Assembly: GCA_905233585.1 (NCBI GenBank)
Contig: CAJOFD010000008.1
Coordinates: forward strand, 3,077-67,076
Source of the DNA: an uncultured Bacteroidales bacterium
GTDB taxonomy: Bacteria > Bacteroidota > Bacteroidia > Bacteroidales > WCHB1-69
Direction: 5' to 3'
Length of the DNA stretch: 64,000 bases
Shown piece after piece: positions 45,061-57,000 of the stretch (positions are counted from its first letter, which is position 1; every line of letters begins with the position of its first letter). The notes below the pieces were generated by a model. It saw nothing but the letters and a program-made list of their open reading frames with translations. It made no database searches and was not told the DNA's origin. A program made the translations under genes and the position numbers.

Positions 45061-48000
45061 TTATTTTCCGACTGTCATCTTTTTGACAATTTTATGACCA
45101 TTGTATGTCATGGAATAGAAGTATATACCCGCTGCGAGATGTTCGGTATTAAATTCTATGCTGTTTTCACCGCTTTCGGCCATGGTTTCTTCTCTATAGA
45201 TTATCTGTCCTGTAACCGTTGAGATGTTAAACAACACTTTACCCTCTTGTGGAACGGTGTACAATACCTTTGTTTGTCCCGTTGTCGGGTTGGGTATGTT
45301 CTGACTCATACTAATTCCATCAGAATGATTGTCTGTAATGCTCAAGTCGGTGCATTTGCTTACAGGAGCGGCCGTATCGTTGTCGCTGTTGATGTCGCTG
45401 TTGCCCACCAAATAGGCTCGAATGGTGAAATTTGGTACCGCAACCACGGTGAATGCAGGTTGGAATTCGACTTCGGTATAGTCATCGGCATAGATTTCGT
45501 CTATGTTTTCTGTCCAAGAAGCCAGAATATTTCCATCATTGTCCTCAATGGCGGCATAGACATCGACTTGTCGGGCTGAAACGTCAGGATTTTTGTTGGT
45601 AACCTTTATTTTTACATTGAATTGGCTACCGATTCGCATACATTGACCGTCATCGGTGGGAACAAGAATGCCCTCAAGAACCAAATCGTTCAAGTCGATA
45701 CATTCATTAATCACATTTTGGAAACTGAGGTCGGTGTTGCACATCGGATAAACGTTCACCGAAACGTTGTACTGCTCGTCATCTGGAACGGTATAGACCT
45801 TTGTGAAGGTATGGATTTTCTGGGAATCCATTGCCAATACTCCAAAGAGAGTGTCGTATAGCGTTTCCACGACAGCACCGCTCGAATTGGAGACTTCCAG
45901 TTTCAATATCAGGTCTTCCATGTCCATATTGCCGTTGTTGGTAACAGATATCTGCTGCGAAACGGCTCTTCGGGCGGGTATGCAGTTGGTACCGTCCGTT
46001 ATTTTGGTCAATTGTATATCAAGTTGCGGATTGACAACAATTGTGTCGAAACGGACATCGTTGCCGGGTATATTGTCTATGGAATTTACAATATAGCTAT
46101 GGATAAAATAGTTGCCCGGATTGAAATCGAAGCTGCTGTCCAGCAGTAGCGTGTCGCTGTTCAGACCTGCGATAACACCGCTGTCCAACTGAATAACATA
46201 TGATTTTGCCGTTTGACCGCTGACATCAACCTTTAACAGGGTAGGATATTTGCTGAAATCTATGTTTTGGGCTGTGGCGGCGGATATGACTGCCGACAGT
46301 TCTTTCCCTTTATAATCACATGCTGTCAATGTGGGGACAAGCATCTTGTCAATGGCAAGGTCTTGGTTGGAGGTGATGCGTATTCTGTCTATGTATTGTT
46401 CGCCATTGAAAGAATTGTCAGACATTCTCATTGCCTCAAACACCATAACGATACAAGATTGGTTGATGAACGAATCCAGTTTGTAGGTGTATTGTTTCCA
46501 ACCCATGTCCACGCCGTTGTTTTTTCTTACGGAGAACAATGTCTGATAGGTAAGGGCACCGTCAAAGGTTAGACGAATGTCGGTATAATCCAGTGTGCTT
46601 GCATTAGCGGAGGTGTCGTGATAATACCAGAAGTCCAAGACAGGTTCGGAGGAACCGTTCAGGTCTAATTGTTGGGTAAACAAATGGGTCATTTCACCTC
46701 TGTTGCCGTTAAAGGCAATCATCGCATTGCCGAATTGTGGCACAACTGTGCCTGTGGCGTCTGAATCGTGCATCACTGTCCACATATTGGAGCCTATTTC
46801 GGCAATACTTCGTACCGTTGCCGGCATTCCGGCGGCAAAATTCTCGTCCATAGGCAAGATTACTTTGTTAGTGGTGTAAACAACGGACAGTGTGTCATTA
46901 AGGGTGTTGTGGTCATCGCTGTGTTGCAACCATGCTTGCAACAGGTAGTTGCCGGACGGATAGATGTTCAAATTGTTTAACAAGCGGAAGGTGTCCTGTT
47001 TGAGCATCTCCAAACTGCCGCTGTCTATCAGAATGGAGGTGTCCGCTTGTGTTTTCCCACTGACATGCAGATATAAGGTGAGCGGTTGCGTCGCAAAATC
47101 GACGTCCACGCCGCTGCTGTTTTTGACAATTATATCAATGGTAGCAAAGTCCGGTGAGCACATTTCCGTACTGTCGGGCAGACCTTCAATGGCTACTATG
47201 GACAAATCCAAACTGTCGGAAAATATCGGTGTGTAGGCTCCCATGGTTGTTTTCATTTTTCTGACATTGCCTTCGATATCTTGGTTGATACCGACATTGG
47301 GAACAAGCACATCGTAGTAATTGTTCAGCTTGAGGCTTTGACCGGCATTGGCAAAACTAACCGCTATATTGACAGAGTTGTTGTCTTGCATTGTTTTTGT
47401 TCTCAAATCTGCAAATGTAGAGACATTGCTGCCGATGTAAGCCAAATTGTCGTTGGCTCTGAAATTATAATAATTGTTATAATCCATAGTGGTGTTGAAC
47501 GCCGGAGTAGCGTGTGTTGCCGTGCCGACATATACCGCATAACTTGTTGCTGTTTTGTCCGAATTGACCGCAAGGATATTGTTCCTGATGTTCAAATTGC
47601 CTTCGGTGGAGGTTGTAAATTGCAGGGTTCTGACACTGCAGGTGTCTTGTATATAAATACTATTGTGATAGACATCGGCTCTTGAGGGAGAGTAAATGGC
47701 CAGACCTGTAGCGGTAACGCTGTTCACTTCCGCTTTTCTCAACCTGCGTATTTCATTGTTTGCAATCAGACCGTTTTTGTTCGGGTCGGCGGCTCTGGCT
47801 GTAGCGTTAAAGCCGGAGATGTACATACCAGTAGTGCTTCTGCAGCCTTGCAACAGTATTTTGTTGCCGACAATACCGCTGTCCACCGTTACCATAGTCA
47901 TATACATGCCGTATTGTACGGTGGTAACATTGTTTGTGGTTTTTGTTGTAATGTTATTGTAAGCAATGCTGGTGTAAATGGAATTGCCGGTGGAATAAAT

Positions 48001-51000
48001 TCCGGCATAATAAGCGTTTTCCATATTGTTGCTGTCAATGGTAATGCTGCAGGTACGCGTCAATATGTTTGCAGCCGAGCCTGCCGCATAGTTGCAATAG
48101 ATATTGTAATATCCACCGCTTATATTGTTTTTAATAAAACGTACATTGGTCAGCGTTTGGGTGGCTGTGGTAGCATTGTAGTATCTAATACCATTAGAAG
48201 TTGAAGCCGTTGCCGTAGGAGAGGCTTTTATATTACAACCATAAAATTCTACATTGGTAATTTGTCCCAACAATTGTACAGCATTGGAGGCTCTGCTTGC
48301 ATCGAAGGTAACATGGCGGAAATTCATATTGCCAATATTGTTCAGGGTAATGGCATCGCCAAGGTTTGCTATAAAATTGACATCTGCGGCATTGCCCGAT
48401 ATGGAGGTAATGGTAATAGGAGTCGTGTCTGACAAGCCGTTGATGGTTTCAAATTTGAGAACGTCATAGTTGCCATTTGCAAAAGCAAAGGTTGTCGTGT
48501 CTCCTACACCGCAAGTGTTTAATGCCCATCTGAATTCATCTAATGTCGCAAAATCCGATGTGTTTGTTCCGACTGTGTAGTATCCAGCCAATGCTCCGGC
48601 ACAAGCGTAGAATTGGTCGCTGATGGTGTCATTGCTATTGTCATCGTCTGTGCCGCTGCCATTGATGAGACTTATCCATGCCCTTAAGGTATTCAAACCT
48701 GTAGGAGGAACAATATTGCCCAAAGAAATGGTTTCTTGTTGTGTCAATGACAACGCACCTGTCCAATTGACTGCCGGTTGTTGCACACCGTTCAAACTCC
48801 AGTTTATGGTTAGAGTTTTCAGTGTATCGTATCCATTGTTGAATACTTTTACGCTGATAGGATTGGGCTGTTGTACTATAATGGGGTCATAGACGAACTC
48901 TGTTAAAGCGGCATCAGTGTTCGGGAATACGGCATCGTATGCTCCGCAGGCCGTTATCGTGTGCCGTGTAGTTCCCGAAATGTCAGTGAGCACCAGACTA
49001 TCTCTGTCTGTAAGAACATTGCCGTATGCTTTTAGGGTCAAATCTGTGTTTACATCATTGAAGATGGGTTCTACAAATACCGAATTGCTGTCGCTTTGTA
49101 CAACAGTAAGCCAATCTGACAATGTTTGTTTGTCCGAAGAATTTACATAACCGCATTTGGAGGTAGAGAAGTAGGCATTACCGTTGATACGATAGTTGGT
49201 GTCATAAGCGCCTGAATAGGTACCGTTGAAACGGATGGCGTAAGCATTGGTGCCTGTCGCTTTGTTTACAAATAGGTTTTTGCTTACCGTAGCGTCATAG
49301 TTGGCATTGCTATATACATACCACAAGAATGAACTTGAGGTAGTCGTGGTGCCGTCCACATAAACACTATTGTGTAAATAAGAAGTTTGTTTCGGATAAT
49401 CTACATATAATCCATAGGTTGTAGTGGAATACGAGGTAATGCGGAGTTCGTTGTTAGCAATGATATCCTTTGTGGAATAATAGGATCTTAATCCGTACAA
49501 TGTACCGGTAATGGTATTGCTGTTTATTGCAATTTTGTTACCGACAATCTTGCCGCTGTTGCTGTATATTATGTTCATTCCATAGTAGGTTGTTGATGTT
49601 TTTGCCGTTCTGTCAACAATCACCTTATTGTAAGACAGACTTGTTAAATCGGAATAATAGGTGTAAATACCCGAGTAACTATTATTTTTTATCAAGTTGC
49701 TGTCTATAATAATATTTGAACTATATCCATTGCCGGGATAGAGGTAAATACCGTAATATCCATTATGGATTTCACAATTTCTGATGGTTAGACTGTCTAA
49801 TCTGCCCGTAGAACTTGCTTTATAAATACCTATATAAGTAGAAGCGGTCGTATCTTTGGCTAAAATTTTACAATGCTCAAATGTGATATTGTTGGTGTTG
49901 TTCCGGAAATTGACTGCATAACGGTTGTTTCTTGCATCTAACGTAACATCTTTTATAACCAAATTATTAGTCTTTTCTAATGTTAATAGGGACATGGCAT
50001 TTGCTCCTGCATTGAAAACAACACTGTCTTTATTCGCAGCCAAAGATGTAATTGTTAAGGTTTTTCCGCCCATAATTTCTGATAGTCTTGCTAATGTAAC
50101 GCTATCGGTATAGGTACCTGTTTCAAATTTTAGGGTAACATCGTTGGCAACACCGCAACGTATGGCTTCTGTTGCCCAATCTTGCCATGTTGCATAGTCT
50201 GCCGTAGCCGAACTGCCTATGGTGTAATCGCCTGCTATGATAGTATTGCACATATAACGGCTGCTGGTAATGGTGTCGTTGTTGTTAATGGTGTCGCCTG
50301 CCAAAGTAACATAAGCCGATAGTGTATTGATACCTGCAATAAAATTAAGATTGCCAAGGGAAACAGTATCGCTATGTCTATAGGCCAAAGGCGTACTCGG
50401 TGTATAGGCAATAGGTGTTTGAACAACGCCATTGAGCGTATAAGTTATGGTAGCCGATGTTATATCTGTTAGTCCTTTGTTGGTTAAGATTACTGATATT
50501 GGATTCACACCTGCAATGGCTTCATTGAATCCGACAAAGTTTACCAGTTTGGCGTCAATGCTGACAGGCTCGGCTTCATATGCTCCCATAGTAGCCTCGT
50601 CTATACGTGCATTGCCTACAATATCGGTAGGAACACTTCCTATAACCAAAGCATCTAAGGCCGGATTGTTGCGAACAGCCAAGTTGTTGTTGGAGTTGGC
50701 AAACAATGGATCTACATTTACAGAATGTTCATCTTGTTGGGTGTAGGCTCGCAAACTGTCTATATTGTTAGGTAGAGCCTTGCCTACATAACCGATGTTT
50801 GCTCCGTTGGAATAATAGTTGTTGTAATCCAATTTTACTCCATAAGAGGGCAATACATAACTTGCAGTTGAACAATATATAGGATAATTGCTGGCGTTGG
50901 AACTTGTTGCCGCAAAAATATTGTTTTTAATATCTGCACTATAAGAGGAACTCATGGTTGTGATGTACAATGGATAGGATATGCCTGTACCTGTTCCCAA

Positions 51001-54000
51001 TACTGAATTGTGATATATATTCGCTTTGGTATAATTGATATAAATACCATATAATGTTCCCATTTTGAATGCTCTTATTTCATTGTTGGCAATTAAGGCA
51101 TTGTCGGTAGTACCTAAGGTGGAAGCATTCATATAATAGGTATGAATACCATAAGAAGTCGAAGTGCCGTTTAAGGTGATTTTGTTACCTATGATACCGC
51201 TGTCTATTCTGTTGTAACCATAGGTATAAATACCGTATTGGATGCCCGCGATATCGCTTCTGGTAGTAATGGTATTGTAAGAAATGCTCTTGTATCGGTT
51301 GTAATAATAAGAATATATTCCACCCATATAGCCGTTGGTCAAGATATTGCTGTCTATGGTAACACAAGGCAAATTGGCAGCAACGGTTGCCGCACTTGAA
51401 CCGCTATAATACAATTTTATGTTGTAATAACCGCCGTCAATGGTGTTGCGGATAAAACGCACATCTTTCAAATAACTGTTTGCTCCAGATGCACTTGTGT
51501 GGTTTACGGCAATTATAGCATTGCTTATGCTTGTGGTGTTTGTCCTTAATAAACAATTTCTAAATTCAATATCTTCGCAAATACCTGTCATTTCAACAGA
51601 CCCATAACCTCCGACAAAACACATATTGCGGAAATAGATATGTGCAGCACTATTCAAAGTTATGGCAATGCCTGAAACATTGACAATAGCGTCCAAAGAG
51701 TCGCCTGTAATAGGCACGAAAGTGATGGTATTGGTCTTACTTGTACTTGGAATGCTATTAATAACAATAGGTGTTCGGTCTAAATATTGTGGCAAGATAT
51801 GGAATGTTACCGCACTGTCCAATCCACAATAAGTTGCTGCCGATATGGCTTCCTGTATCGTGGTGAAAATGCCTCCCTGACCAACTGTATAAGTGCCGTG
51901 TATTGCTCCGTTGCAACCCCATATATGGGTAGAAACGGTGTCATCGTAAACAAAACCGTCTGCAACATTGTTGGGCATATTGGTAAAAATTACGATTTCA
52001 TTCAAGCCGGATATTATGGTAACATTGGTAAGGGGAACGGTGTCTATGGCACCAGGAGCCAATATGCCTGTCCATGTGTGATTGCTTGTGGTACCGTTGA
52101 CGTTCAGAACAATATTTGTAGAAGTTAATGTGTCCAAACCTCTGTTTTGAATACTTACACTTATTGGATAGGTTTGGCCAGCGGATTCTGCTGGCTGCAG
52201 ACCCAATATTTCCAATGGGGCTACATTGACATGAGGCGTACTATAAGTGTATGCTCCTGCTACTGTTACGAGGCTGTCTCTTGATTCTCCTTCTATGTCG
52301 TCAACTACACTTGACAAGGCAGGAACGGAAATGCCAATGCTGTCCAGTAATTTTAATGAGGTGTTGGGGTTTTGTATGTTGGGCATAACAACAACAGAAC
52401 CGCTATCGGTTGTTACATTGTTTTTCCATGTTGTCAAGTCGGTTGCATAAGATGAATAATAACCAATCTTGTTGTTGGTTAAATTATAATAAACATTGTT
52501 ATTGATGTTGTTGCCTGCCAAATAGGTTGTATTGGTCAAGTAAATAGGGCAGGAGTTGACACCTTCTCCATTGACAACAAAAATGTTATTTTGTATATCA
52601 AAATTTATGCCACTTGCAGATGTGATATAAATACCTCTGGCATTGGCGGTACTTTTCATATATACACTATTGTGATATACTCTGGAACTTGCTGAAGTGG
52701 AGAAATAGATACCGGCGTTGTCCCCGCTTCCGTTGGTGGCGATAATTTCATTGTTGGCAATGAGGAAATCAGGTGTTGTACGGTTGAAATATGCACAATA
52801 AATACCATATTGTACAACATTGCCGATAATTGAGTTGCCAATGATATCGCCTGAACAGTAAGAAGCATAAATACCATTCAACGTAGTTTGTTGAAAATCG
52901 GTTTCACGTTGAACAATTTTATTGTGAGCAATATATGCACTATCACAGTAATACATGTAAATACCATATTTGTCAAAAGTATGAATATAGTTGTTTTCTA
53001 TGTGAAGATTGTTTATGATTTTAGAGGAGGATCCGTAGGCATAAATACCATAACCGCCACCGGAAATGTTATTGTTGGTAATGGTAATATTGGAGGTAGT
53101 TGCCAAATTTGCATATATCCTTATTGCATTATGACTGTTGGTTGTAATGGCAGATGTGAAAAATGGAACTGCAAGTACACAACTGTCTATTGTTATATTT
53201 GAACAACTGTCCCCGATAATGATACTATGTGAATAGGTATAGGTTGAGGAAATAGGAGAGTGTCCTTTCAAGGTTAGATGTTTGAAACAAATATTGGAGA
53301 TGTTTTGTAACATAAAAGGAGCCACTTGGTTGGTTGGTGCCGTTGCTCGTTGGAAGATGACACTGTCTTTGTCCGCAGCGGCAGAGGTAAATGTAATACG
53401 ATAGGTGTTGGCTCCCACAAAGGTATTGCCATTTAAAACAACCTCTTGAAGATAGGTGCCTGTCAAATAAGCTACTTCCAAATCGCCGTTCAAACCACAT
53501 AGATTCAATCTTGTAAGGAAATCCATAGTATTGGCAAAATCTCCTCCGTTCCCAATGGTAATGCGACCATTCAAAGGTACACAAGCAAAGGAAGAGGAAG
53601 AAATGGTGTCGTTTTGCTGATTGTTGTCTGCCCATGTATTGGCATCAAGCCATGCTACAACACTATTAGGTCCATCTGCATATGTAATTGTCCCCAAGTG
53701 GAGGGTGTCTGATTCTTCGGTGGCCAAACTGCCTGTCCATACAATAGGTGTTTGCAGAACATTGTTGATAGTCCAACCGAAAGAAGCGGATTGTAAGGTA
53801 TCTACACCAACATTGGTAATGATGATTGATATGCTGTCTATCGTTCCTTGGCTAACACCATTACGCAATGGGGTGATATAGTTGACCCAAATATCTTTTT
53901 GCAACAATTGGAAACCTTGATAGCAACCCATGGCTGTTATAATATTTCTACGTGCATTTTGTTTGTCTTTCAATACATTTGGCAAACGCATAACATCTAA

Positions 54001-57000
54001 ACCATCATAAACTGCCAATTGTAAAGAAAGGGTTGTATCAAGTAGCGATTTTGTTGAATCCAACAAAGTAACAGTTGTATTAGTAGAGTTCATATCGCCG
54101 TTTACAGCTACTTTCCATGCGTTGAGGTCAGTATAGTTGCTGGATCCAAAACGTCCAATATATGTAGGTGCAGAGTAGTTGTTGTAGTTGATATCATACG
54201 TGGTTGTTGCCACAAGATTGATGGGATAACTTGAACCCGTTGTATTGGTCAAAATAATATTATTGTTGTATATTTTCATAGAAGTGCTACTCGAAGTTGT
54301 AGAATTGCCATACAGACCGACCATATTGGGGGCTCCCGACAAGTAAGCGGAATTGTTGATAATATCAAATTGTCCGTAATTGCAACTTAAACCATAAGAT
54401 ATGGTGGTATTGGTTGTGTTCAATGTGATAATAATTTCATTGTTGGAAAACAAACCTGCTTTTGTTGTACTGTCATTGCCACCATATCTGACATCGTTTA
54501 TGTAGTAGAAATAACCGCCTGATGCATAATTGAGATTGGTATTGATGTTTTGAATATGGTTGCCATCGCATTTGTCTAAATTGACATAATAAACATAAAA
54601 GCCTCTCCAATAAGTTGTAACGGTCAATCCGTTTTTACGACTGAATAGGTTATTGCCCGATAAACTGTTTAAGTGGGCGTAGTACAAATGGATACCTGTT
54701 ATATACGAATTGCTTATTGTATTGTTTTCAATACGAATATTTTGACCATATGCAGCATTACCTGTTCCGGCATAGAAATATATTCCATAATACCCTCCGT
54801 CAATTGTGTTGTTGGTAATGTTTATATTGTTTGCAATGCCTGTACTCGATGTTTTGTAAATGGGAGTAATGGCTGCTGCGTTTGTATTGGGGTCTGATTT
54901 GATGATACAATTGGTAATGGTAACATCGTTGCAGGCACCCTTGAAAATAATACCTTTGGCTTTGTTGGTGCTGGCGTCTATGGTAATGCCGTCAAATACG
55001 ATATTGTTACTGTTATTCAAAATAATAACATTTGAATTGACAGAGGAGGTAACAATGACATCGCTTGGGTTGCCTGTGGCTGATGTGATGGTCAATTTGT
55101 ATCTGCCCATAATATTGCTAAAATTGCTGAAATCCAAACTATCGTTGTAAGTTCCTGCATCTACCAGCAAACGAACATCACCTTGTGGCTGGCAATAAGC
55201 AAAACCTTCAAGAGCTTTTTTTATTGTTGGATATAGTTTGCCATTGCCGATTGGAATATCTCCACTGATAAGATTGTTGCACCCATAAACCATTAATGAC
55301 AGCGTATCGTCAAATGTGGTGGAGTCTGTGATATTGTTGGGATATGCTACCCATGTTACAATGGTGTCAAACTTATTCAACGTAGGGGTGTAGCTTCCAA
55401 TGTTTACGGATGTTTCTGTGTCCCATTCTAAATTACCTGTCCAATTGAACACGGGTTGAACATTTCCATTAATACTATGATACAAATTCGCGGAGGTGAG
55501 TACAGTATCGCCGGTATTTCTTATGTTTACACTGATAGGGGTAAGGTTGCCTGCGATGGCACTGCCATATATCGGAGAGGTTATGGCTGTTAAGGCAACA
55601 GAATTTTTTGCGTATCCCGATGTGGTGGACAAGCCGAAACGTATCAATGGTAGATATTTTTGGCGTGTCCAAGCCGTAGCGGTGCCATTTTTGTAGGCAA
55701 GCCTGTATTGATTGCTTGCCGTATATCGCCATGCTAACAAAGATGTTGATTTGGCGGGGTCTTCCGATTCTATGAATACATACAAATTGTGGTTGGCTGG
55801 AAGTATGAAGGCTTTGGAAAAATCTATTTGATTCCAATATTGTTTGGAACTTGTTTTGCCTTGATATACCAAAGTTGCTCCAATTTCGTCAGGCCTGATA
55901 TCTGTTGTGCTTACTCCCGTATCGGCGGTAGCCATCATCCATACTTTTATCTCTTTGGTTACTTGGTATGAGGCATTGTTACCGTTTGTTACATTGTACC
56001 ATGCCATATTGGCGATATAAAGAGGATTGCTTGTATTGCCCAATTCGGAAGCATAATAAAGTGAACGGCTTCTTGTTGGGCTTTGGCTTGTTGCATAGAC
56101 GACATAGCCGCTTGTCGGTGTTGTAGCCGTGCTGTCGCCCGTACAAACAACATCGGTGATATTCAATATACCGCTATTGGGTTTGACAATATTATATCCT
56201 GATGTAATTGTTGAATTGTTGCCCGTTGTATCTCTACCTGTTATATAATACAAAACATTTGAGTTGGGGGCTATTTGTGGTAATGTTGCTGTCCAAAGAC
56301 TATCGCCGGCATAGGCGGTCATCCTAACGGAATCAGTTGTAGTTGAACTCATATTGCTAACTGTATATACCAAATAAGGAGTTAACAGTGGGGCAGAGGT
56401 ACGTTTGGCTACTTTGGCATTTATGGTATAAGGTCCTGTGCTATAGACTGTACCTTGTACAAATGGCGGTAAAAACTCAACCACAGGCGGTTTTAATTCT
56501 GTATTGGAAGCATAGAGTTGAAAATCATCTATCAACCAACCATAGTTTAGGTTGGTTCCTGTGGTATTGCCTTTTTTGATGATAAAACGGAAGGCAACTT
56601 CGGTAAACGATACTTGATTGGTAATGTCAAAGGTTTCTTCTTTCCACCATGCTTGTGTTGGTATGGCCAATGAGTCGCCTGCTTGCCATTGCACATAACT
56701 TGCCGCACTAAAACCGTTTCTATACTCGCCTGAGCCTTCGTAGGTGTTGGCAGGTATCTCTTGCCATTTGGAACCCATGTCGTTGAGTTTATATTCTATG
56801 CGGACCTCATCTTCGGGGGAAATCTTGCAAATGTGTGAAAATCTCAATGTTACGTATGCGTATGACAGACAATTGTAAAGAGGGGTTTGTAAGACTAAAG
56901 AGTCGTTGGCCGCATTGGGTACTTGACCATGTAGTGATTTGGACCCACTTACGTAATAGTTCGTAGTTTGATTCCACGTTGTGGATTGTGAGGGGGTTAC

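Noticed and set aside
45247-56579. Dozens of 60-146-aa ORFs in other frames or antisense within the giant gene
   Set aside because: All are nested in a continuous 12-kb ORF with coherent domain periodicity. Their abundance reflects the G/T/A/N-rich codon composition. None has a start context or recognisable motifs.
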